Assembly: GCF_004010195.1 (NCBI RefSeq)
Contig: NC_057757.1
Span: forward strand, 2,396,276-2,460,275
Reading direction: 5' to 3'
Length of the DNA: 64,000 nt
DNA from: Chiloscyllium plagiosum
Lineage: Eukaryota
Shown: positions 38,875-52,144 of the stretch, piece after piece
Numbering within the stretch: the first letter of the stretch is position 1
Layout of the letters: each line of letters opens with the position of its first letter
Made by a program: the position numbers and the translations under genes
The notes under the pieces: generated by a model
The model's database searches: none
Seen by the model: the letters and a program-made list of their open reading frames with translations, nothing else
Told to the model about the DNA's origin: nothing

Positions 38875-39525
38875 GGGCTGGAGGGTTTGAGCTGTAGGGA
38901 AAGGCTGAACAGGCTGGGCTGTTCCCCTGGAGCGTCGGAGGCTGAGGGGTGACATTTTAGGAGGTTTATAAAATCATGACGAGCATGGAGAGGGTGAATA
39001 GACAAGGTCTATTCCCTGAGATGGGGAACCCAAAACTAGACGACATAGGTTGTAGGGAAAGGCTGAACAGGCTGGGCTGTTCCCCTGGAGCGTCGGAGGC
39101 TGAGGGGTGACATTTTAGAGGTTTATAAAATCATGATGGGCATGGAGAGGGTGAATAGACAAGGTCTTTTCCCTGAGATGAGGAACCCAAAACTAGACGA
39201 CATAGGTTTAGGGGGAGAGGGGAAAGATTTAAAAGGGACCTAAGGGGGAAACCTTTTCACGCAGAGGGTGATACGTGTGTGAAATGAGCTGCCAGAGGAA
39301 GTGATGGAGGCTGGTACAATCACATCATTTAAAAGGAAACTGGATGGGTATATGAATAGGAAGGGTTTGGAGGGATATGGGCCAAGAGCTGGCAAACAGG
39401 ATTAGATGAGGTTAGGAATACCTGGCCAAGAGCTGGCAAATGGGATTAGATTAGGCTAGGATATCTGGACAGCGTGGGTGAGTTGGACTGAAGAGTCTGT
39501 TTCCACGCTGCACATCTCGATGACA
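38875..39525 (+). mobile_element. CR1 3' fragment with an internal ~157-bp tandem duplication
   Basis: TGTAGGGAAAGGCTGAACAGG...GACATAGGTT is repeated at about 38893 and 39051. Confidence 0.8.
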
Positions 39526-40010
39526 GTCTTGTTGCAGAGAGGATGAGGAGACTGGGCCAATACTCTTTAGAGTCGATCTCCTCAAAACAGCCAAGACTCT
39601 AACCCAGCTGAATAGAGTGGATACCCAAAGGTTGTTTGCCTCTGGCTGGGAATCTACAACACAGCCCTGGGATAAGAGAGATACTTGGTCATTTAGTCTT
39701 GAGATAAGGAGAACATTTATGCTCAATGAATTCTGAATCTACACAATTTTCTATGCCAGATGGGTTTGGGTGCTTTTACTATTGAGTATATTTAACACTG
39801 AGACAGATTTTTGATCTCTCAGGGAATCGAGGGATATTAGGAGTGGGTGGGAAAGTTGAGTTGAAGCCAAAGATCAGCCACAATCCTACGGAATGGCGGA
39901 GCATGCTCGAGGAGCTGAATGGTTTCCTCCTTCTCCTATTTATTCATTCCTGGTTCGATTATATGCAGGGCAGGGACTCTGGTCAACCGAGACATTAGAA
40001 AATTTCATAC

Positions 40011-40157
40011 CTTGACCAGGCTGAGCTCCATCTCCAGATTTTCCTTGTCACGTTTCGCAGTGTCCAGCTCAATTTCCACTCTCTGCAGCTCTGTTTGGAC
40101 AGCTCCAAGGACTTGCTGCGCGTCTTGTGCTCGCTGAGTCTCACGTTGAGCAGTTGC
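40011..40157 (-). CDS. CNTROB: Centrobin coding exon 9
   Basis: ATAQRETQRAQDAQQVLGAVQTELQRVEIELDTAKRDKENLEMELSLVK; 147 nt. Confidence 0.9.
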
Positions 40158-40199
40158 CTGTACAACAAAGGCAGAAGCAAAGCTTCAAGCTGTAGTAGG

Positions 40200-41066
40200 A
40201 CTTGTACACCTAATAGTAGGGTCCTGGGGACTGTTACTGAAAATAAAAGGACCCGGGGTGCATGTTCATAGTTCTTTGAAAGTGGTGTTGAAGGTAGACA
40301 GGATAGTGGAGGTTATTGGCACACTTGCCTTTATTGGTCAGTGCACTGAGTATAGGAATTGGAATGTCATGTTGTGACTGTACAGGATATTGGTGAGGCA
40401 CCTTTTGGAATACTGTGCTCAATTCTGGTCTCCCTGCTGTAGAAAAGATGCTGTGAAACTTGAAAGGGTTCAGAAAAGATTTACAAGGATGCTACCGAGC
40501 TTTGAGTTATAGGGAGAGGCTGAATTGGCTCAGGTTATTTTTCCTGGAGCATTGGAAACGGAGGGGTGACTAAGGAATCTTAAATCTTATTGAGGTTTAT
40601 AAAATCATGAGGGGCGTGGATAACGTAAATAGACAAGGTCTCTTCCCCAGGGTGGAGAAGTTCACAACTAGAGGGCATAGGTTTAGGGTGAGAGGGGAAA
40701 GATATAAAAGGGACCTAAGCGGTAACTTTCACGCAGAGGGTGGTGCGTGTATGGAAGGAGCTATGAGAGGAAGTGGTGGAGACTGGTACAATTACAACAT
40801 TAGAGGAAGTGGTGGAGACTGGTACAATTACAACATTTAAACGGTAAATGAATAGTAAGAGTTGAGAGGGATATGAGCCAAATATTGGCAAATCGGACTA
40901 GCTTAGTTTAGGATATCTGGTCGGAATAGACAGGTTGAACTAAAGGGTCTGTTTCCATGCTGTATATTTCTATGACTCTCAATGGGACTAGGTTAATTCA
41001 GGATATCTGGTCGGCATGGAGAAGTTGGACTGAAGGGTCTGTTTCCCTGCTATACAACACTATGAC
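40200..41066 (+). mobile_element. CR1 3' fragment
   Basis: Decayed ORF2 C-terminus plus a duplicated 3' tail. Confidence 0.78.
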
Positions 41067-41806
41067 ATGCCAGTAAGGCAGCGGAGGAATTGATAGATGG
41101 AATTGAGGGTGAGAGAGATAAACTAAAAGGTGGTAGAACCAGATTGAGATTTGGTGGGGGAACAGGGACAGAGAAATGCGAAGAACTTTGCTTTACCTTT
41201 TGGCAGCAGCTGCGATTTAGAATGAGTACCTATAGATGATGGAATCGGATTCATAAGAGGATTTGGATAAATACATGATGAAGGATGGAAAAATAATATA
41301 ATTACAGGGCCGTGGAGAAAGGACAGAGGGAAAGTGGGATTAACTGACTCTTTCACAGCTCCAGTGCAGGGATGATGGCTGAATGGCCGCCTCCCACAAG
41401 TTAAAAACTCGCTCTTTGTAAGCACATATTTGAGACTTATTCCATAAAGGTTGAGCAGATTGGGCCAGTTTTCACTGGAGTTTAGAAGAATGAGGGGAGA
41501 CTTTATTGAAACCAATAACATTCTGAGGGGTTATTTCCTCTCAAGGAGCATACTAGAATCAAGGGTCATAGTTTCAAAATAAGGATTTGCTCAGTCAAGG
41601 CAGCAATGAGAAGGGATGTTGTTTGTTAGATTTTGGAATTCTCTTCCACTCATAGCAGTTGAGGTTGGATCATGAAATATATTCAAGGCTGAGTCAGACA
41701 GACATTTGATTGGCAAAGATTCAGGTATGGAATTAGAAACCTTGCGCTTTTTAATGGTTATCCGCTCTTAATTTGCTCTCTCTCTCTACCCCACCCCCTA
41801 CTTCAC

Positions 41807-42043
41807 CTTCTCTTTTTCCAGCTGCTTCTGAAGTTCTTCTTCCTGCTGTGTGATCCTCTGTTCCAGTTGCTTCTCGCGTTGGCTGCTCGCCTCTCGTTCC
41901 TCTGCAAGTTTGGTGCGCAATGCCTCAGCTTGTTTCCACTCATGCTGCCTGCTGCTTTCTGCCGCCTCGTAGTCACCCTGAAGCCTCAGGCAGAGCTGCT
42001 GCTCCACTTCCAGAGCCTTCTGCAGCATCTGGTTCTGCTCCTC
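41807..42043 (-). CDS. CNTROB: Centrobin coding exon 8
   Basis: EEQNQMLQKALEVEQQLC...EELQKQLEKEK, coiled coil; 237 nt; ccatag| and |GTGAAG. Confidence 0.85.
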
Positions 42044-43481
42044 CTATGGGGGAGGCAGTGGAGGAGGGGAAGGGGAAGAAACAAGGAGAAAAGGTCAGAG
42101 TGGGGCAGGGGCACCAAACGTCGGTGGGGAAGACCAGAAAAATCAAGTCATCGTTACATTTCTGTTCGTAGTGCATTGTAAATAAGTCATCGCCACTTCA
42201 CTGAAGACCAAATATACTGAAATGTGAAACAAAAATTCTTAGAGGGCTTTATTGCATGGATGTTGATCTGGTTGGAATTTGAAAGGGGAACTCAATCTTA
42301 GGATAAGGGGCCTCAGTCTTTTAGAACTATGATGAGGAGAAATTCTCTCAGAAGTTTATGATTCTTAGCAATTCTCTACCTCAAACAGCCATGGTTGATC
42401 AATCATTTGTTGAGAATATTCAAGATCCAGTTCAGTAGATTTCTATGTTCTAAGATGGTTAAGGAGTACAGGAATAGGAGAGGACTGTGGCACTGAGATG
42501 GAAGATCAGCTATGGCCTGGTTGAATGGGACTGTAAGTTTGAACAGCTGAAAGGTCCCCTCCTGCTCCTATGTTTTATCTTCCCTTATGTCCATTCTTAC
42601 TATCTCTCACCTCTTACCCTGCTCTTTTGTATTCACTTCTGAGTGAGAAGGTCACAAGCTTAAGACCATCTCCAGAAATGTGCACACATACTCCAGACAG
42701 ACATTCTCAGAGCAGACTAGACCTTGGTTTAATAGATCACCTGAGAGACGATACCTCTGGCAGCACAACACTCCCTCAGTATTGGAACAGACATGTTAGC
42801 CAACACTATTTTTTCATGTCTCTGGTGTGGGGCTCAAAAGAGAGGTGTTCATGGGGCTAAATTATAATTCAACGCTTTTACTTAAGACTGAAAGAACTGC
42901 AGATGCTGTGTAAAGCAGAAACAAATATAGAAATGCTGGAAAAGCTCAGCAGGTCTGGCAGCATCTATGTCAGACGTGCTGAACTTTTCCAGCAATTTCT
43001 ATATTTACTCAAGTAATATTTCATCTCCCATACAAGTTAACCCCTGACCTTGGACCCAAAAAGCCTTTATTGTGGGCGGCACGGTGGCACAGGGGTCGGT
43101 GTGGACTTGTTGGGCCGAAGGGCCTGTTTCCACACTGTAATCTAATCTAATCATATACCTTGTGCTAGTTTTGGAAGTAGGGATTCTAGTAACAGTCTTC
43201 TTCACAATTACTCCCATTTAAACGTTATAAAACCAAGGCAGCTGTTTCGTGAGTGTGTTCAGGACCATGGATAGCGACCAGCGCCAATCTCGTTTCCAGC
43301 ACTTCCAAAGACCCGGCATGGATTTCAGTCCCTCAACATTGTTACTCGTGTAAAAGCCAATTTCCTATTGTAAAAGGATTTGTTCTCAAACACCCAATTT
43401 TTAATTCAGTACATACAGTTCACAGTAATGGTATTACTCTCTAAAGTTGGTATCAAGCCGGGAATGTTTATTTTTCCTTAC

Positions 43482-43580
43482 CAACATGCCCCGCTCCTCC
43501 TCCAGCAGACCCCTTTCTTGTTGCTCCTTCATCATGGTTTGGTTTGCTTGAGATAAACGCTGTTCCAAGTTGAACATGGC
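43482..43580 (-). CDS. CNTROB: Centrobin coding exon 7
   Basis: AMFNLEQRLSQANQTMMKEQQERGLLEEERGML; 99 nt; gcccag| and |GTAAGG. Confidence 0.87.
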
Positions 43581-46434
43581 CTGGGCAGAAAGCAGAAATG
43601 CTGCGTCACTTTATCATCATCTTCTGTTGGATGCAACAACTCTCTCTGTGGCCCTTCAACAAGGTTTTGGCTACAGTTTACTGGGGAACTGTGACCCCAA
43701 ACCCAGTTGATACCCTGAACCAGCAGAACAGTTGAGTCTTGAACATTGCTGGAAACAGTGACAAAATCAATTTAGTTTCTCAAACAGTGCACTTTACCCA
43801 AGAGGGGCTTGGTTAGCTCAGTTGGCTGGATGGCTGGTTTGTGATGCAGACTGATGCCAATAGCATAGACTCAATTCCTGCACTGGTTACTCTGAAGGAC
43901 TCTACTTCTCAAATTCTCCCATCGCCTGACCCTCAAGTTAAACTACCACCAGTTCTTTTTTTTTCCTTTCTCTCTCTCTCTCTCTCCCTTTGCTCCTATA
44001 GGACTATGGCAACGTTAGCTTCTGACTGGATTGACAATTAACTAGAAGCAAGATACATTCATATGCAAGGGCTATTTCTTTGAAACCAAAAGAATACATT
44101 CAAGCCTTGTGCTTTTTTTGAATTACCCAACATCTCAGGAAGTATAAAATTCCTTGTGGCTTTCTACATGGCAAAACCTTGGTCAAACAAAGTTGAGTTG
44201 CCAGTCAATCAGCACACCTTTCTCTTGTAATATGAATTGTTAAGCTGCCAACCCAACAGTAACACAAAGAGGGGTGCAGAAAATTGGGAAAACCACTAAC
44301 ATTATATCACAAGTTTCCAACTCATCAGCATTCAGCCTTATGAGGATGTTACTACACAGGATACCATTCAGCCCATCGCTTCTGAGAGCTGGCCTTTCCC
44401 CTGTAGCCCTGCAAGTTTTCCCTGTCAAGCATTTAATTCCCCATTCCGAAGACTGCTATTGAATGTGTTTCCACGGCCCTTCCCAAACTAGAATAACTCC
44501 CTGCTTAAAACACTTTGACGTCACCATTAGTCCAGATATCTAAATGAAAACCTCCCTTGAACTTTCAATAACAAATGTTAATACCATATCACTGGTGGTC
44601 CAATGGTTCAGTGGTTAGCACTGCTGCTTCATAGCACCAGGGTTCAATTCCACCCTCAGGTGACTGTCTGTGTGGAGTTTGCATATTCTGCATGAGTTTT
44701 CTCTGGGTGTTCCCATTCCCTCCCAGTCTAAAGATACACAGATTAGGGTGGATTGGCCATGCTAAATTGCCCCACACTGTCTAGGGATGTGCAGGCTAAG
44801 TGGGTCAGCCATGGGAAATGCAGGGTAATTGGGTTAGGAGGTAGGTCTGGATGGGATGCCCTTTGGAGACCATCTTCATTAAAGCAAGGTGTTAGCAGCA
44901 TGGAAACACAAGGGAGCTAGGATCCTGAGTGGCAGCATTCCTTAAGAAACCAGTTTCTTCAAAAAAAAACACACTTGTCACCCTGGGGTGAAAGGGTCAC
45001 AGAGACATCAGTTTCCCAATTCATGGCAAGGTCCAGGCTGGAGTTTTTGACAAGACTCAGTAATCATCACCATGGGAGAGACAGCCTCAATATCCTTAAA
45101 ATGGAAAGCATTCGCATCATGCATCAGAGGAGAACTCTCATTCAAACATAGAAAATTCTTATAGGGCTGAACAAAGTAGGTGCAGGACAGATGGTTCCCC
45201 TGGCTGGAGAATCAAGAACCAGGGGACAGAGCCTCAGAATGGCCTTCCTTCACTCGGAGGACATTGAATTCTCTACCCCAGACGGCTGTGGAAGATCAGC
45301 CATGGACTATACTCAAGACAGAAATCAAAAGATTTCTAGCAATTAAATGTGGTTGGGGATAGTGCAGGAAATGGTGTTGAGGTATAAGATCAGTTATGAA
45401 TGTACCTGATCAGCACAGAAGGCTCAATGGGCTGAATGGCCTTCCCCTTCCTCTATTCCCTAGGAAATGGAGGGCTAGGAAGATCTGGATGAATTAAAAA
45501 GATCCTTAATACCTGCTTATAGAGTTTGGTGTACAAGTTTGATAACATTCCCATGAAGGTCCTGGAGCTCACATATTGATGCAAGATGGTGACAAAATAG
45601 GACTCGCCAGCCAAAGCTAGTCGGTTTCTTTTTTTTTTCTCATCTGTGATTTCTTTTCTCTTCCTTTCATCTCAGCAATGTCCTGACGTCCTGGTCTCAG
45701 CATGGAACCAGCTATTGGCCTGGCGTGACGGTCTCTTCGCAGCTCAGTGTGATGGTCTCTCAGCAGCCTGGTGCTGCAGCTTCTCCGAGGACACAAAGTG
45801 GGGGTCTCACCGCAGCTCGGCTCGGCGATTTCCCGGCGGCCCGCTGCGGCCGTCTCCCGGCCTAGAGTGTCAGTCTGTCAGCCTAGCTGGACTTCCTAGA
45901 GGTGAAACCCGACACAGTCTACAGGCTAGGTAGCAACTGGGTTGGAAAGACTGCTATTCTGAATGTTTATTTCTTTATTTTTTTCTGATTTATTGACCAA
46001 ATTCTAATTTGGTCTGTACTGTTGGACTTTTATTTCTTTATTTTTCTTCACTAAGAACTTATACTTAAGAATCCCTACCTAAGATGGTGCTGTTTAATGG
46101 TGACTGTAAATTTTTCAATGTACTTATTTGAGTACATGAGACAAGAATCCAAATTCTAATTTTAAATTGCTGCTGATAACCTAATGGGGGAAAAGATGGG
46201 CATCCAGGAGGCTTTCAAAAGGCTTTGCAGCAGAGTCCCAGTGTGACTCTGCGACTGACTGAATGGAGGTCAGGATGAAAAGGAATTCAAGGATCCTTGG
46301 TGTGTGCCCGCATCGTGCGTGTGCGTGTCTCGGATGGTGCTGTGGTAGGTGATGGCAGAAGCATGGACACAGAGGCAGGAAGAGAACACTGCACAGACAT
46401 CTCACCCCCTCTTCATAAACAAAGCTGCTGCTAC

Positions 46435-46551
46435 CTGTTGCTGCTTGCTGCGCCCCTTCTCTGCCGCCTCGCGATCCTCCTGCAGTTGCCTCATGGCTTC
46501 CGATTTCTCTGAATCGTGTTTCTTCCAACCATCCACCACCTTCACCAGTGT
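46435..46551 (-). CDS. CNTROB: Centrobin coding exon 6
   Basis: TLVKVVDGWKKHDSEKSEAMRQLQEDREAAEKGRSKQQQ; 117 nt; weak donor CAG|GTAGCA. Confidence 0.88.
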
Positions 46552-47691
46552 CTGTCCGTGGAGGGGAAAAGAGACAAATGCAAAACAAAACCACAGGAGC
46601 AAATTTGTTTTCCAGCAAAGAGATAAATAGTTTTAAGAATCCATTTTGTTTCTCCCACCAGAATATTAAACCAGTTCCACTTGATCCTCCTAAGTGTAAG
46701 TCATACAACACAAAAACAGACCCCTCAATCCGAGCTGACCATGATCCCCCCCCCAAACTAGTCCCACCTGCCTGTTCCTGGCCCATATCTCTCCAAATCT
46801 TTCCAATTCATGTACTTATCCAAATGACTTTTAAACATTGTAACTGTACACACATCCACCACTTCCACAGGAAGTTCATTACACATACAAACAACTCTCT
46901 ATGTTAAGAAAAATGCCTCTCGTCTTTTTTAGACAAAAATAGAGATCACTGGAAAACCTCAACAGGTCTGGCAGCATCTGTGAATAGAAATCAGAGTTTT
47001 CTAAGGTCTGAGGAAGGATCACTCGATCTGAAACATTAACTCTGATTTCTCGCCACAGGTGTTGCTGAGCTTTACCAACAATTTTTATTTTTGTTTCTGA
47101 TTTACAACATCTGGAATTCTTTCAGTTTTATTCTGTTTTTTTTTTAAAGTCTTTCTGCTCACTCAGTTTCACTCCACTGCCATCTCCCCGAAATCCCACA
47201 CCTTTTTCGAATAACAAACCAATTCTGTTTTAAATTGCTCAGTTGAATCTGCCTCCATCACATTCTCAAACAGTGCACTCCGGATCCTAACCACTCACTG
47301 TTTTAAAACACAAGTTTGTGTCTCTCTTGATGCTTCTTTTGCCAATAACCACAATTTGTGTCTTTTCATTCTTGAGCCTTTGTCCAGTGGGGACAGTTTC
47401 TCCCCATCCAATCTGTGCAGACCCCTGGTGATTTTGAGTACCTTAATCAAATCTCCTCCCGTCCCTTATCTTCTTCAAGGGAAACTGTCCCAACTTCCCA
47501 AATCTGTTCATGTCACTGCAGTCTCTCATCCTACGAATCATTTTCGTGAATCTTTTCTGCACACTCTCTGACACCTTCATAGCCAGTCCTTCATTAGGAG
47601 ACAGTCTCTTGTGCCCTATGATACTGCCCACTTCAACTATCCCTCGTGGTTACAGAGAGGCTGCTGAACTTCAAAACCGTTCACCTTTTAC

Positions 47692-47808
47692 CTTATCCAG
47701 CTGCTCGATCATAATGTCTTTCTTCCGATCAGCTGACACCGCCACAGCCAGTTGTTGCTGGAGCTCCAGGATCTTGTTCTGAAGACTCTGAATCTGTTTC
47801 TCGCAGTG
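47692..47808 (-). CDS. CNTROB: Centrobin coding exon 5
   Basis: HCEKQIQSLQNKILELQQQLAVAVSADRKKDIMIEQLDK, the highly conserved centrobin coiled-coil segment; 117 nt. Confidence 0.95.
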
Positions 47809-50087
47809 CTGTAGTTGGACGAAGCAAGAAATTAGACGTCAATCACAGCTCCACAACTGAACAATTAATGCCTGTATAATTCTGAGTGTTAGAAGGGCAG
47901 AGTCGAAAGGATAGACTGAACCATAGACAGGCCCATAGAAACAGAGGCTTCAGAATAAGAATGTTATGGTTTTTTTTAAAGAAATCAGCATTCATAAAAC
48001 TAACATGAATTTCTTTCTGTCGCTTTTTTTTATAAACCTAGTGGAGGAATAAGCTTAGGGGAAAGTGAAGACTGCAGATGCTGGAGATTAGAGTTGAGTG
48101 CGTGGTGCTGGAAAAACACAGCAGATCAGGCAGCATCCGAGCTTAGGGGGTCTTGTGCCAGAGTAGGCAGCTTCCTTACCTCCGAGTTAGAAGCATCTGA
48201 TACAAGTCCAACCCAATGGCCTAAAGACTAAGGAAGGTGAGTTCAAAGTGCAGGCTTGATTATCAACTTGCAAATCCTTCCACCCATGAAAGGCGCAGAG
48301 AGCAGGACAGATTTCTCATCATCCATGCTTGATGTTGAGTGCCCCCTCCTCATGCTATAAGCTCTGAATTCAGGCTAGCAATATATTCCGGAACAAAATC
48401 AACTACAAAATGCAGACATAAGCATGCGCCTTGCCTGCCTCGTATGTCCCTAAATGCATGAATTTTTCAAGTCTAAAGAAGGATAAGGAAAAGGCACCAC
48501 ATTGGCCAGAATATCAAGGTGTTTTTCCTGTGGAGTCACATGGTCAAATTCACCCAGCTGATTCCTAGGAGGAAAGGGGTTTGTCTTGCAAGGCAAAGCT
48601 CAGCAGGTTATGCCGGTAACTCAACGGACTTTAAGATAATCAAAAGTGATCTTATTCAAGCAAATAGGTTTCTGAAGGGGCTTGTCATGATAATGAAAAG
48701 ATGATGTTTCTCCTCATCAACTTTGTCAAGAGTGAGGGGAGAGAGGCAGGAAAGTGAGTTTAAGGTCGCATCCAATCAGTCATTGAATGGCAGAGCAAGC
48801 ATGAGATGAATGGCCTCTTCCTGCTCCTATTTCTTAGAAAAGAATGTCAGCCTTCAAAAAGGAAACACAAAAGTTGTTAGAGACAAATGTATTAAGATGC
48901 CCAATTTGCCTTTTATCTTCACAAGGTGTTTAGATCCTTTCTAGAGATGTACATATTCAAAAAAAAAACCTGTCACTTCAGCAAGACTGGATGGAATTTA
49001 TTTACCTGAAAGCACTCTTGTCATAATCAACCTTCCAGAGATATCCCAGTGAGAAAGGAGGATTCTAGGAAGGGGACAAGCCAACTGTAATTAACCCGGC
49101 AGGTTAAGGATAGCATGAAATTGAAAGAAGAGAAACATACAATATGTCAATATTGTGGTAAGCCAGAGGACTGGGCAGGTTATAAAACCAACAAAAATGA
49201 CCCAGCCAATGATAAAGAGGGAGAAAATAAATTTTGAGGGTAAACTTGCAAGTAATATCAAGATGAACAGAAAAAAAAAGCTTCTTTAAATATATAAAAG
49301 AGGAAGGCCAAACCAAACATAGCCCCTTTAGAGAATGAGTCTGGGAAAGTAATAATGGGAAACCACGAAATGGCAGAGAACTTGAATAAATATTTTACAT
49401 TGGCCTTCATAGTAGAAGACACTAATAGTGTTCCAGAAATACTAAATAATAGAGGTAAAAAGGAGGGACAAAATAAATAGGTTAACCATCATTAGAAAAA
49501 AGTACAAGGGAAAGGGCTAAGACCAACAAGTCCGCTGGACCTGATGGAACGCGTACTAGGATCTCAAATGAAATTTAGAATTAGTTTTATTGTCACATGA
49601 ACTCACGAATACCAGTAAAAAGTTTACAACTCGCCACTTATAGCACCATCTTAGGGACAAAGGTATCTAGGTACACATTCTTCAGGAAAAAAAATTTAAA
49701 AATGAAAAATGAAGAAGTAGCTATAGAAATAGTAGTAATCTTCCAAGAATCCTTGAATTCTGGAAAAATGCAAGAGGAGTAGAAAACTACAAATGTAACA
49801 TATTTATTCTAAAAGGGATGGGGACAAAAAAGAAACAGGTAATTATTCATCAGTTAGTTTAACATCGGTTATTGAGAAAATGTTGCAAAAACCGAACTCC
49901 CATGCTTAGTGGGAATGCACAGGAATAAGTTTCTGTGAGACAGTTGGCAGGCAGTAATCGATGCAAGGAGTAAAAGATGAAGTGTTTTCAAGAACTTAAT
50001 GGATTGCTTCTTCTTAAACCTCCCGAAGTTAAGTCATGAATCCTCTTTAAGCATCGCGAGACAGCAAGAACATGTAACCCATCTGAA

Positions 50088-50610
50088 TGCCTTGATTAGA
50101 TTCCTTGATTAGTCAAGGTTGCAATTCGTTTCTGGTATCTGTTATTCTATACATACCCCAGCCCGTACCCCTGGATTAGTTTCCAGTCTGTAGCTCACTT
50201 CCAGATATTTGTAATTCTACATACAAACCATCCCATACCCCTTGATTAGATTCCAGTTTGTAACTCACTCCCAGGTATCAATTATTCAAATATATAAACC
50301 ATCCCATATCAATTAGATTCCAGGCTGTGATTCATTCCTCGGTATCTGTTACTTTATGCACAAACCGTTCTGTACTCCTTGATTAGATTCCAATCTGTAA
50401 CTCATCCTGTTTTTTTATTCTATGGATAAATTCATGAACTCTTTGATTAAATTTCAGTTTGCAACATGTTCCCGGGTATGTATTATTTTATAATAGTGTA
50501 AAAGCTCCCTGAACTCTGATTAAATTCTAGTCTGTAACTTATTCCTGGGTACCTGTTGGTCTATGTATAAATCCCTGAACCCTCAGTTAGATTACATTCT
50601 GCAACTCACA
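50088..50610. repeat. Degenerate ~65-70-bp tandem repeat
   Basis: Recurrent CCTTGATTAGATTCCAGTCTGTAACTCACTCCC...TATTCTA unit. Confidence 0.72.
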
Positions 50611-52144
50611 CCAGGGGAGTTTGCTTTTTTATATTTGACAGGTCAGAAAAAGGTCAGATATATCTGATTTGATGAGGCAGCACAAATCAAACAGAACTGA
50701 TTTTGTATTAGTTTTTGTGAGGTCACACATTCCCTCACCATGCTATTCGGAGGGAATAAAGTTTAAGATCGGGTCAGCCACACATGTAGCTGGGGGAGTG
50801 CTCTCCAGGTTTTATCAGTGATGTAACCTCCCTGTGATACTCAGACTAAGGCCACATGAACCTAGGGCCACCTAGGGTTCACCAGAGGTTTTGTGACAGA
50901 AGCTGACCCCAAAAAGCTGCTTTTGGGTTGACAGCAAGTATCAAGGAGACAGGATCAGCACCTGCTAAGGGGATTAGAGGGGTGTTTGGCTTTTTAATAC
51001 AACCAGCCAGCAAGTGAGGGAGCCAGGGCCCCAAGCTGCTTAATACCAATACAAGCTCCTTCTAGGCAGCTCACAAATAACCAGTGAGGTCAATAGAGCA
51101 GAGAAACACTGCAACACGTGGAAACATCCTCAATTCCACACTGACTAGGATCTCGTCAGAGTATGAGCACTATACTTGTCGGAGCATGAACCTGCGGCTG
51201 ACAGAGATCAGAGGAAGACACAGGGCCAAAGCCTTTGCAATTTACTTCAAAATGAAATGCAGAGCTTTTCAAATTCCTGTTCCACTCTGATTTTAAAATA
51301 CTCCCTTGGATGCCTCATACAGCCTGGCTCTTTACAGCTTTATCACCCAAGTAGTCACAGAAACTCCGATTTAAACATACCACCAAATGCCATATCAAAT
51401 CAGCCCGAGACTGCTCTTGATTTGATCCCCAGGGCATTTTGCAGACTTGACAAAAAATCAATCTCAGCCCCCAAACTATGATCACGCGTACAAGAGTCCT
51501 CCACACACAGCAGATATCTTAAAGGCACATCGCTAATTTTAAACCCTCCACCCATAGATCCACGCCATCAGTTGTCTCATCATATCCTCACTAAAGACAT
51601 CCTCTAAGCTGACATCTTTCAGTCAGGCTTTTGCTAATATTCCACACAGCTCAGGGACAGGCTCTATTTGCGGAGGCTTAGGACATTTCACTCCTCAAAG
51701 CAAGACACTATAGAGATGCATCTGGTTGTGGTCAGGAATTAGGAGGGATTCTGTTGGTGAGTTGCAGAGGAGGCTTTTGAAAAGTCTGAAGAGAAGTGGA
51801 AGAGCTGTTGCTTTCTTTCAAAGACTCATACAGCACAGAAACAGACCATTCCGCCCAGCCAGTCGGTGCCGACCATAATTCCAAACTAAACTAGTCTCAC
51901 CTGAATTATCCTTAATCCAATTGTTTTGCTGAGATCACTTCAGAGAGTAATTAAGAGCCAATTACTTCGCTGTGGGTCTAGCGTCACACATAGGCCAGTC
52001 TGGGTAAGGATGGCAGATTTCATATCTTTAAAGGACTTTGCTGCAAAAGGGGTTTTGCAATAGTTACCATGGTCACCATAACTGAGACCGGCTTTACTGA
52101 TGGAATTTAAATTCCATCAGCTGCTATGGGTTGGATTTGAACCG

